Made by a program: the position numbers and the translations under genes
Notes under the pieces: model-generated
Databases searched by the model: none
Told to the model about the DNA's origin: nothing
The model's input: only the letters and a program-made list of their open reading frames with translations
Source of the DNA: Paramecium tetraurelia
Lineage: Eukaryota
NCBI GenBank assembly: GCA_000165425.1
Contig: CT868618.1
Span: forward strand, 327,827 to 391,826
DNA length: 64,000 nt
Reading direction: 5' to 3'
Shown: positions 13,011 to 24,800 of the stretch, in pieces
How the letters are laid out: every line of letters begins with the position of its first letter
Numbering within the stretch: position 1 is the stretch's first letter

Positions 13011-14219
13011 ATGAATTACCCTTTTAATCCATCCCCTTCCTACTCATTCAGCGTTGCTAAAAAGTACCAATTGTATAATCATTAGAATACAATCCCACTT
13101 TTTGTTACCTTAAGTGAGCATGGGGCCAGGTCAATACAATCCTCAAATTGAGAGGAAAGGAGGAACACTCAACTTTGGATCATACAGCTAACGCAAAATG
13201 ATATTGGCATAAGATACTTTAACTCCTGGACCCCTTCATTATACAATAAATAGTGTTAGAAGTTAGGGTGTTTCCTTTGCAAATTCAAAGAAGGTTTTAC
13301 AGAAACCGACTCGAAATCCAGGGCCAGGGTATTTTTACACAAAATTAGGCAATATCTACCTATAGACGAACCTCATAGTAGACTTGGAGGATCTATTTCA
13401 AGAACTTCCAGGAATAACAATTTCGATAATCAAATTCCTGGAGCTGGTCATTATCCGATTAAATCTACATTAAAAAGTCTTAGCTTCAAATTTAAGTAAT
13501 TACACAAGAGAGCTAAGACTGATTATATGAGTCCTGGTCCTGGATCCTATTCAATCTTGTCGGATTCAATGAATCATGGTATCAAAATGCATAACTCCAA
13601 AAGAACTTGGTCATACATTTTAAAAACTGAGACTCCAGGTCCGGGAACCTATTAAAGTGAGAGTTTCATTCAAAACAGAGTCTCATCAAAACATTCAAAA
13701 ACCTCTTCTAAGGAATAATCAAAAATCTTAGATAAATGCTTCTCCCAACACGAATCAAAACAATCCAATAAATTAGGATCTTGTACTTAATCTAAAGGTA
13801 ATCTTGATTCTAATGGAATTTTATCGAAAAGACAAAAAGTTAAATCCAATCCGTTTGGCCCATAATAAAACATTAGTGATGCTTATAATAGATTAAGGGA
13901 ATATGGTAAATTAAAAGTAACTTTCACAAAATAAGTGAGAAAGGAAGAATTCCTAGATGAATTTTCAACTGGTGGTCCAAAAAAGGCTAACAGATCTCCA
14001 GGTCCAGCCATTTATGCTGATATCAAATTCAAACCTAATACAAAATTGGGTTTTGTTCCAACCTCAAAAAAAGGAGAAGTATTCAAACCAAAAGAAGGAC
14101 CTGGTGTTGGAGAATATACTAAAATAGCACCTTTTGGTAAAGTTTACAATAAACACATAACACCAAAGAGATCATTTTTCAAATTCAAGGACCTTAATTA
14201 ATTTGATTTTGACTAATGA
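13011..14219 (+). CDS. SHIPPO1/ODF3-type (sperm-tail PG-rich) repeat protein, probably ciliary
   Basis: Repeated PGPGxY motifs (MGPGQY, TPGPLHY, NPGPGQY, SPGPGSY, TPGPGTY, SPGPAIY, GPGVGEY), with tiny introns. Confidence 0.85.
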
Positions 14220-14643
14220 CTATTTCTATATTGATATATTATTCAATAATAATTTCTGAAAATCATAATTTAAAATAAGTGGAGGGTTTGGTAATAATAT
14301 TAGATTGTTAAATTATGATCCAAAAGTTTGGAAGATAATCTTAAAATAAATGAATAAAATTTTAGCTTCCTAAAAATCATTAATGCTGATTACTCAAATA
14401 TAATAGTTCATGTAACAAATAAAGTCAAATTCAGTCTTGAAAGATGGAGTATAATTAACGTGAAGAACTTTATACTCAAACAATAATATTTAAATTACAA
14501 TTAAATGTAAGATAGAGAATAGAATCTAGATAATAATGGATATCAAAATTAGAGATAGACATGATGAATTAAACTAAACATTCTACCACTTTGTCTCATA
14601 ATAATTGATTGGGAATTCGAATTTTAATAGATGATTAATTATA

Positions 14644-16082
14644 TCATTATTTTTAAGTATCTAAACAGTTTGTTTCTACATATGAATCTCTTTTAACACA
14701 ACCTAAAGCTACCAATAATTTCTGCATAAAGGTTTCATTTTTTTATTTAACTGTTTGTGATCGTATCTCCTTTTTCTAGGATTCAGAATGTCTGCTACGA
14801 CGATATTACTACTTGTAATCTTGCACCGAGTTTTCAGTTTGGGTTTAAAATGTTAAGTTTTGCCTGAGAAAGGATTGTTAGGAAGTAGCTGTAGATTTAG
14901 AGAGATATTAGTTTTCTTAATGCATAGTGCTTCCGTTGACTCTGGTTCTATTCTATGATACTGATAACATCTCTAATTCAAATTCATTCTTTTTGAGCCA
15001 TCTATGATTCAAGATCTATTTCATGGTTAATCTATCTTTTTGTTTATATTTGATAAGACCAGTGATGAGATCCTTAACCTCAGGACTCAAACTATTATCG
15101 ATGATTTAGTAGTTGATCTTCACTATGTTATTACACTTTTCAATATCGTTTTTACCTTTGAATGGAGCATCCCCATGCAACAATTCATACAATAGTATTC
15201 CTAAACACCACACATCCAGAGTGTGATCATGAGGTCTATCCTCAATCATCTCAGGGGCCATGTAATCAATAGTTCCACAGAAGGTGCTACGTTTTTTAGA
15301 TCCTAAGTTTTCAGCTGACCATCCAAAATCACAAATCTTGACATTGTCAGCCACATCCAATAATATATTTTCAGGCTATATAATATTTATGAGTAGTTAC
15401 TTTGAGATCTCTATGAATGATATTTTATTGATGTAGATAATCAATTCCTAAACATGTTTACTTAAAGAACTTTAAGGCTTCGTTTTCGTTTAATTTTCCT
15501 CTTCTTTTCAACAATTAGAATAGGGATCCATGTTCTGCGTACTCCAAAATAAGATAAACCTTATCCTTGTCTTCAAAATAGTGAAACAATTATGTGATAT
15601 TTGGATGATTCAATTTCCTTTGTATTCGAATCTCTCGCTTGAGATTTTCAATTGAACAATACTCAAAAATGTCCTTCTTATTCATCTAAAGATGATAAAC
15701 ATATGTACTATCTTCATAGCATGTAACTATCCATTAGTTCTATCCTTCACTAGTCTAACTGCTCCAAAACTGCCTTTGCCAAGTTATGGGTAATCATAAA
15801 TGAGTTCAAACTCTTCTGGACTTCTTTTCATCTATCTTAGAGTTGACACTTTGTCACTATAGGCAATTTCCTATGAATTTAACATGTTTTAAGGAATACA
15901 TTGGTTTTTATGTCCAGATGTCCTTACATAATAACTCAAATTTACCAATCAATGTCTCGACATCTTTGAGAACAATAATAGGCATGCTTACAAAAGGGGC
16001 AATACACTCTATATTTTGGTATTGGAACCATTTAGGAGCCAGCCAAATTATATTGGCAGTATCGCGAACTGCAAACGTTCAT
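14644..16082 (-). CDS. Aurora-like Ser/Thr kinase with an N-terminal MYND-type zinc finger
   Basis: The N-terminus reads CSSRYC...CPFCKHAYYCSQRCRDIDWTSGHKNQC. Kinase motifs are LGKGSFGAV, AMK, HRDLKPEN, DFGWS, TFCGTIDYMAPEM and DVWCLGILLYE. Confidence 0.9.
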
Positions 16083-16101
16083 CAAATAATATATTAATAT
16101 T

Positions 16102-17123
16102 ATGTAATATTCACAATCAATATAGAAGTATAGGAAATCGACGAGCTCACCAATTCTTAAACCACAGAGTCTACCTACAATAAATGAATTGAGATTTGCA
16201 ATGAGAACCAGAGCAGGAAGTGATCAATAGCATTCAGTCAAGATTAATTAGGACAGTTTTATTGCTTGTAGATTGTATAAGGAATAATAATGATAGTAAT
16301 GGCTATTAATTCTTTGCTATTTGTGATGGTCATGGTTAAAATGGGCATCTTGTATCATAATACCTTAAGAAAAACATCCCAAGTATAAATCATAAGAATT
16401 AGTCATTCTAAGAAATTATCTCAAAGACATGTCCTTAAATTCAGAGGGGATCAACTAAGCAATCATTCGGTCCTTCTTGAAAATTAATAAGGACCTATTT
16501 CAGAACAACATAGACACCAATTTGGCTGGGTCCACCTTGGTCTCAATATTGATGAAAGACTAACAAGTAGAATGACCATTTATTCCTTAGATATTTTGTG
16601 CAAATGTAGGTGATTCAAGAGCAATTATATGTCAAAAAGTGAATACTTGGATGGCCATTTAAATAAGTGTTGATCACAAGCCAAATAATGCAAAAGAGAG
16701 GGCTCGAATCGTAAATGCAGATGGCAGGATATCATAGAGGAAGACTTCCGAAGGATATCCTGCTGGTCCTGAAAGAGTGTATCTTGCTTTTTCAGACACT
16801 CCAGGACTAGCAATGACAAGAAGTTTTGGAGATAAAATTGCCTCTAAGGTTGGGGTCATTGCAGAGCCAGGTATTGATGATTTATACTAAATACAGAGAT
16901 ATTAGAATTTAAGAAAACTAAGGCTCACAAATTTATAGTTCTAGCCTCAGATGGCGTTTGGGATTAATTGACAAATGACGAGGTTATGGATTTGATACTA
17001 CCTTATTTCAAAGATAAATAGGTTGAATTGGCCACTGAAAGAGTTGTGAGGGAGGCCTTTAATAGATGGAAGCAGTTTTCCGTTTTGAGAGATGATATAA
17101 CTTGCATAGTAATATTTTTATGA
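16102..17123 (+). CDS. protein phosphatase 2C
   Basis: KINQDSF, FAICDGHGQNG, AGSTL, CANVGDSRA, DHKP, PGLAMTRSFGD, LASDGVWD, DDITCIVIFL*. Confidence 0.95.
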
Positions 17124-17162
17124 TTGATATTATCACAATATTGTTATTAATAATTAAATTGC

Positions 17163-18527
17163 ATGCTAATTCCTTTGTTTACTTTGGCGTTAATCATATA
17201 ACTTACTCGTAGTGAATAAATGGATAATATAACTTAAGTCATTTTTGATGAAGATAATAAATGGGAAGCAAAAATGAAAACTGCAAATGAATCCATTTTT
17301 TAAGTTTAGCATACATACACAAAATATTGTTATGTCAGGATTAGTCTACTAATGAAGGATGCTGGCCTAATTGCAATGGCGGATTATGATAATTTACCTA
17401 ATATTAGCCTTTACGAAAGTTATAAACAAGGAGAGAAGTTAGATAGAATTAGGTAAATTATCTTTAATTTTATTCTATTTTAGCCAATACGAAAATAGGA
17501 AAACGAGGTTTCTTAAATTGAAGACTGGAAAGGGGCTTATCTACATTTATGTAAAGGGAAACAATACAAATAATGAATATACCATTTCGATTAGTGGGAG
17601 TAATGAAGAATAGTGTGATAATGACTGCTCCAACAATGGGATTTGTAAGGTATACTCTAATTACAATAATAAGGTTAAAGGATGTAGTTGTAATAAGTCT
17701 TTTTTTGGGAATGATTGTAATCAGATTGCTGAAGAAGTGTTTGTAGGAACATCGAAATAACTCAATATATCAACTGAAAAATAACTATAATTTTACTATA
17801 TAGATATTTAAGCTTTGAAGAATTACACATTTAGGATTGATTTTTCTGTGTCTTATATTTTGGGTTAAGAAGAATTTTGTAACCGCTGCTTAACACTTTG
17901 GCATTTTCTAACAAAGGGTCTTATAAAAATAGATTATTTTGATTATGATGATTATTTATCCTTTTAACTTAATGATTTATGGCTACCTAATGTAATTGAA
18001 GATGGGTTTTCAACAATTTTATATCGAATTCCATTTAATTTATCTGATTAAAACTAACTTTTAATTTTTGCATTAGGAAAAGAATGGGATACTGTTGACT
18101 ATGTTGAATTATAGATGACATTTAGTTAAGAAGTTACAAATTATGATTCGTATGAGGATGAGAATGAGAATGATGATAGCGAGGAAACTAATAGATTACT
18201 TTACATCATAATCCCATCTGTTGTCGGTACATTAATAACGCTTGTCCTATTATATTTTTATCTGAGAAGGAGAAATTTTCTTAATAAGTACAGAAAACCA
18301 AATAATTAATAATAAATTGTTCTAGAGCCTGAAAAATGTGCAATATGCTTGGAGGATCTTATAGATGCTTATAAGTCATTATTCCAGATTGAATGCGGGT
18401 AAATAAAATTGAATAATTTAGCCATCAATTCCATCTCAATTGCATACAAGACTGGGGTAAAAATAAATAACAACAAAAATTATGTCCATTTTGCAGAAGA
18501 CCATTTAATCCAGATCAAATTAAATGA
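17163..18527 (+). CDS. receptor-like E3 ligase: signal peptide, ectodomain with EGF, TM, RING-H2 (paralog 1)
   Basis: Signal MLIPLFTLALIIQLTRS; EGF CDNDCSNNGICK/VKGCSCNKSFFGNDC; TM LLYIIIPSVVGTLITLVLLYFYL followed by RRR; RING CAICLEDL...CGHQFHLNCIQDW...CPFCR. Confidence 0.9.
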
Positions 18528-18654
18528 TTATATTACTTATTTATTACGAGTAAATATTTAGGGTATGTATGACTGTTACAAATCAACTTAAATCGACAAT
18601 TTCAATTTAAATTACAATAGAAAGGTTGTAAATTTAGTATTAAACTTATAATAA

Positions 18655-20053
18655 ATGATTAATGTTATGTTTTTCGTTTCATATTGTCTAGCCTAAATTG
18701 TTGAAGTTAAATTCAATTAATAATAAAGGTGGTCAAGTGAGTTTAAGAATTCAACAAACAATACTTTTAGGATTGCACCTTTGGACAAGGTCGAATAATT
18801 TTATTATATTCAAATTGAACTAAATATCACAAATCCAAAATTTATGTTGTTAGCTCAAAAGAATTACCCAATTTCTAATCCATTTTCGCCAATGCTGTTA
18901 GATGGAGAAAATATTGATGCCACAAAGTAAATTACTTTTACAATAATTTATAGTCAATATGAAAACCGTGATTTAAGATATCTCAAAATTGCATCTATTG
19001 ATCAACCTATTTACATTACAACATTGGGTGAAGGGGTTGATTATAAGATATCAGTTGAAAAATCAGAGAATCAGAATATTTGTTAGAATCAATGTTCGAA
19101 TCATGGCGATTGTCAGGTATCATTACACTTATTCTAGAAACAAGGCTGTTTTTGTCTCATCGGATATACAGGAATAGATTGTAGTCAAAATTCCACTCCA
19201 ATAATAGATAATATGTCAATTCCTGGAAACCAAAATGAAAAAACTTACTTTTCTTTATTATATTTACCTACAACTTCTCTTTAGGGCTATTAATACACTC
19301 TAAAATTCAAAGTAATTTACTCCTTTTGAGTATTAGACAAATAACTATGTTGGTTTATAAATTATAGTCTACAAGACTTCAGCTATCATTAATCCTTTGA
19401 AACAACTCATATCTGACCCAAATTTATGTGATATCTATTAAGTTTCTAAAAATAAAGAATTAGAACTACTTCTAAGAGTACCTGAAATTCCTTAGCAAAG
19501 AAATAGATTAAATTTTGCAATTAAGACGGCTTTCCCTGATTATTTAATGCAAGATCTGGAGATCTCTTTATAAGAATATGTCGAAGAGGAGGTTGTTGAT
19601 TTATCAGACACTATGATAATTATCATTTCAATTGGCTGTGTTGTTTTTGTATCCTTAATCATAATGTTCTTCTGTTATAGACAGTATAAAAAAAAATAAG
19701 CAGCACAAAGAAGAATGATAATGCAGAATTAAGAACCTCTGCATTCAGGACATGAGAACCATCCTATTATACAATAAGAGATCAATCTTGAAGAAGTTTG
19801 TTAAAAAAATTGTTTATGTAAACTTTCTTCAAAGGAACTCAATCCAGAGGAGTATTGTTCTATTTGTTTAGAACCTCTAGATTCAGCCTAAGAAGTCAGA
19901 TAAACTAGATGCCAGTATTTATTATGAGTTAATCTTAGTCATAATTTTCATATCAAATGTATAAAATTGTGGTTGGAGAAAGCGAAGCATGAATGTCCTA
20001 TTTGTAGATAATAACTTGAACTTAAACCCTAGGATGAAATTATGAGAACTTGA
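18655..20053 (+). CDS. receptor-like E3 ligase: signal peptide, ectodomain with EGF, TM, RING-H2 (paralog 2)
   Basis: Signal MINVMFFVSYCLA; EGF CQNQCSNHGDCQ/KQGCFCLIGYTGIDC; TM IIIISIGCVVFVSLIIMFFCY followed by RQYKKK; RING CSICLEPL...CHHNFHIKCIKLW...CPICR. Confidence 0.9.
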
Positions 20054-20171
20054 GGAATTCAATCAATATTTGGATAGACTAAATTATTGATTTAAGTGCA
20101 TTCACATTTGTTATGCATTTAATTTATAACTTTTTTAATATTGTATATATCTATAGGATAAAAGATATTCA

Positions 20172-21790
20172 TCATCTTTTATCAAATTTGTCTGACTTCG
20201 CCTCCTTCTCTTTGAATTCTCTTCTATCCATTTCATATTGTTTCTCATTAAAGAGTTAACATTCCTAAAATTCCCCGACTTATTATAAGGCGCTTTGAAT
20301 CTACTTCAGATCATATTCCTAGTTGAACTCAATGTAAATATATTTATAATGGATAATACGGTAAGCTGATATGTCAAATTGCTGTTGCTTTAAAGCATTA
20401 ATAATATTGTCAAAGGCTTACTTTTAAAATTATATTCTTTGAGACTTTTAGACTTATTAATTTTTTCTCTCTTCTTCTGGAAATTTGATGTAGATTATAT
20501 ATTTCTATGTTAACTTAATGTCTTCAGCAGTATTCAAATTAATACTATAATTGTTTTTAAATTAATTTAATTTATTCTTTTGACTCAATAATTCTTATTG
20601 GGTAAAGTCTTTGGTCAAATTGATAAATATAAATCCAGTCATATAAGCATCAAACCCAGCAGTATGATAGGCATTTTAATCTAAATTCACATCTATTTAA
20701 ATGTAATTCATGTTGTTTTTTATGAATTCAGCCAGATTTTCAACAGAAGTTGATGTCTCAAATTTACTTCTAATTTTTTCCAATGGTTAAGCTGATTAAA
20801 TGATGTATTTTGTATCATATATTGGTGGCCAATGCTTAACAACATCCTCCTTAAATTCTTCCCATGATATTGGAGGACATTAAACAAAATGACTGTAACA
20901 AAACATAATATCTGCAAAACAATTGTGTCCTACAATGTACTTTTTAGAATTCAAAATGCATTCCCAAATTTAATAGAATCCTGTTTTAGTTTAAAATCTA
21001 TTTGTTTTTAATAAATATTTTTCTTCATCCTTAGCCTATTTTTCTGCATTTGTTAATTTTGTTATTTTCATTTCTCCTTTCAATAAAGATTCCCCAATCA
21101 TATTTTTTTAATAAGCCTCTAAGTAAGTATAAATCACTTTCCTTTGATACCCATTTGTCGTTTCTATTGTTATTTGTTTCTCGTCAGACTTATTGAATTT
21201 CTCTAACTTGTCAATTAACTCTCGAATCTATCGAATAATTTGCATGTCTTACTGTCTTTTTATCTATCGGTTTGACATCTTCCAAGATCTTTTCGAATTG
21301 GTTCTTCAACTCTTCCTAATCCAATTATTGGAAGTCTTTGTTATAATCATCTTGAAGCTTCTAATATTGTGCCCTGTTCAAATAACCTACTCCTTTGTTA
21401 ATCCACCTATTCCAATCCATGCCATGCTCACTGTTAAAAAATACTGCTCCCACCTATAAACCCACGAAGTCATCTAAACTAATAATTAGAATATTTTCTA
21501 CTCTTGAGGAAACAAATAGAACGTATAAGGAAATGCGACATACCCTTTTTATTTTTTGATAAAGATGCACAATCCAAATTGAATGATATTATATTTCATA
21601 CTTACTTTTCGTATCTATATGTCATTAAAAATACCTTTAAATATCTTTCAAATGGTAATTCTTCAAATGTATCTTAATATTCCCCTTTTATTCCAGTTAA
21701 CTCAAGATCAAACCCCAGAAAGTCACATAGCTTTATCTGCTCCATTATTGTTTATTTGTTTTGCTCAAAATTATCAATGTCGATGAACAT
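20172..21790 (-). CDS. PARN: poly(A)-specific ribonuclease (PARN/CAF1 family, DEDD)
   Basis: FLGFDLELTGI, KYNIIQFGLCIF, FPYTFYLFP, VGHNCFAD, YHTAGFDAYMTG. Confidence 0.9.
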
Positions 21791-21820
21791 TTTATATTTA
21801 CTATTATTAATTATATGAAA

Positions 21821-24800
21821 TCATTTCTTAAACAATATCTAAACAATCCCCTTCTTTTTATCGGCAGGCTTTACCGCCAATTCGTCCAGAATTTCTTCCT
21901 TTTCCTTTTCTGAGAATTCCAAAAACTAAAACAAAGTATTCAGAATCGCCTCTGCTAAATCATAATTGAGATTTTTCGGCCCACAAGCAGTTAGAAACTT
22001 TTTTAGACAATCTCGCAAATGAGCCTTTGCATGTACCGCTTGAGGATCAACCGAAGTCTTTTGCATAGCCATCATCTTGTGTTTATACTAAAATAATCTA
22101 ATCTTTTACATCTCGGGCCAAATTATTTAGCTGCAACATCTACTCCTCCTTTGCAGCTATCCTTTCTAACAAAATTTAAAACTTAGCAATAATCTTCACA
22201 TTCTCTTCATTGGCCGCCTCCAACTTTGATTTCAATATATTAACCTCCTCTGTGTGAGACAATTATTACTTATTGGAAGTTGAATGCTAAGTGATAATAT
22301 TAAATATTTACCTCCTTCTTGTTCTTATCATTGTTGACAATCACTGATATATCTAAACCCCCAATAAAGTCACTGACGTCATTTTCATTGATTTCTGCCT
22401 ATTGCCCATTTGATGAGAAACTAATATCCTCATTCTTCTCTTCCTTTATATTACTCAAAGCTGTTTTGACTGGCAACTTCGCCTTCATCAACTATATATC
22501 TTTCTAGTAGGCCAATAAATTGTTTTATTCTTGCTGGGACAATTTAACCTAAAAATAATCTCAATTCTTTTACATAATTCTACGCATAAAAGGCCGCCTA
22601 CTAGTTTCTTAGTAACTCATCCATTAATGACTAGAGACATTAGTAATAAGTAAACTTTCTCTCACATTGTTTTTCATGTTAAGATTTAAATTATCTTAAA
22701 TAATCTAGGATATTATCCTAATTAAATAAAGCCTTTATCTCTTGTAAAAGAAATTAATTTTAATTAGAATCAGCTTATATTTTATCAATCTAAGTTGATT
22801 TTGCTTAAATCACATTTTATAACTCTTTAATCTCAGAATCTTTCTTAGCTATTAATGCATCTATCTCCTTCTATGGATTTTAAATTTCTTTAGTATTTTA
22901 TTAAATCAAATCTAATTGAGATTTTAACTATAAGATTTCTTCATTTTTTTATTCAAATAATTTCTAAGCTTCACTTTCCCTCTTGCTATAATCTGCTAAT
23001 TCAACTTCCTTTTAAGTTATGATTTCCTATAATTAATCCAATTGCTTTCTTAAAACTGAAATCTATGAATTTAAATTTTCAATTTGAGAGTTTAGCTTAT
23101 TCTATTCTTTTTATAGCAAATCTTCTTAATCTTTCAATTGTTGATCTAATTGTTAAGTTTACTATTCTTTTTATGAGAGCTTTTAATTCAATAGTGCTTA
23201 CTGCTGATCTAATTCTATTTTAGAATTATTGATTTATTATTTACTTTCTATTTCCTATTATAATTCTAATTATAATCGTTATATATCCTATTATTAGGAG
23301 TTAGTCTATAATTATAATTAATTATTTTATTGTTTTATTTTATCATAGTCTACTTTTTATAATGCCATCAGTTCTCCATGATCTTGAGAAAGCTAATTAT
23401 TTTATTATAACAATTTTTATTCTTAAGCTTAGTTTTCTTAAATTGAATTTGTTATTTAATCATCCTTGATTTTCAAATCGTTTTCTAGTTGTATTATCTT
23501 TTATTCTAAATTATTTATCTATTCTTATAATGAACCTATTAGTCTATTTTATGCCTAATCCGCTTCATTCTTATTAGTTATTTAAACTTGATTTTCAACT
23601 AACTCTTTGTTATTTTTTTTCAAATCCAAAATCTCATTATTCAAAGTATTATTTCTTTCCTATAATTCTATATTTCTCTAGTTTAATTAATTATAATTTT
23701 ATGCATCTTGAATAATTTATAATTATAATTTCTTATTATTTTACTCTAATTCATGGTTTGAATGCTACAAAGAATTTACTTCTTGTTAGATCTACTAATT
23801 TATTTGTATTCTTTCCTGAATCTAATTCTCAAGCATAGCATTTTATTATTGTAATTATAGAAGTTTGTTGTTAATTTTTTCAATTTCTTTTGTTTATCCT
23901 AGGATTTTATTTTACTTCTCTTTTAACTCCTCGTTTTTTTATTTTATTGTTTAATCTAAGTCATTTGTTATATCTATATTATTGGCTATGATTATTTCTC
24001 TAGCTTCTAAATTCTTTTACAATTCGCTATTCAACTATTTGAAATGACTATTATCGTTTTATATTTATGTGATTTCTATAACTTATAAGTTCAACTAGTT
24101 AGATTTTTCTGTTAAATCATTTCTTAATTTGGTACAATTTTCTTATTCTTATTTTAATAATAATGTTGTTTCATTAATTTTGGATTCCTGAATTAACCTA
24201 GTTTATTCTAATTCTTTTATTTTGTTCTCAAGATTTTAGATTTATTGTTGATTAGTCTAAAATTTTTGAGTAAAACTTTATATCTATTATTTATACTCCT
24301 CATTCAATATTTTGAAATTATTCAATTGTTAATTTAAATTATCTACAAGCACTTAGGAATTCCTAAATTCCTATTCTAAAGTCTCAGCATGTAAGACCTA
24401 TGTTTAAAGCTTAAGATTTTTTTCATTGAGTTCATTTTATAGATTTGAGATTGTCAAATTTTAAGTTTAAGTAAGGGAATTTAACTTTTCAAATTGATTC
24501 TAAATCAATTACTAATTTTTAGATTCTTCTCGGATAATTAGATATTTCTATTCCTAGTCAAAAAGTTATTTCTCTTATTCTTTAATAGTTAATTTGCTCT
24601 TCTCTAATTATTCTATTAAGGTACCAATTTGAATGAGCAATTTCTGAGTTTCTTAAGATTGTGTCATCACGTTTCGACATAATTCAGTTTCCTTGACAAC
24701 TAATTCTGTACTAAACTATGTCTTATTCTCTTCAATTTATTAATCATTCTATAAATTTTCAATTTCTAGTTTTTTATTCAGCTCTGTAATTGTATTTAGC

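Noticed and set aside
14230..14640. Possible small gene or relic between the PG-repeat gene and the kinase
   Set aside because: No coherent frame with a start codon and no identifiable motif.
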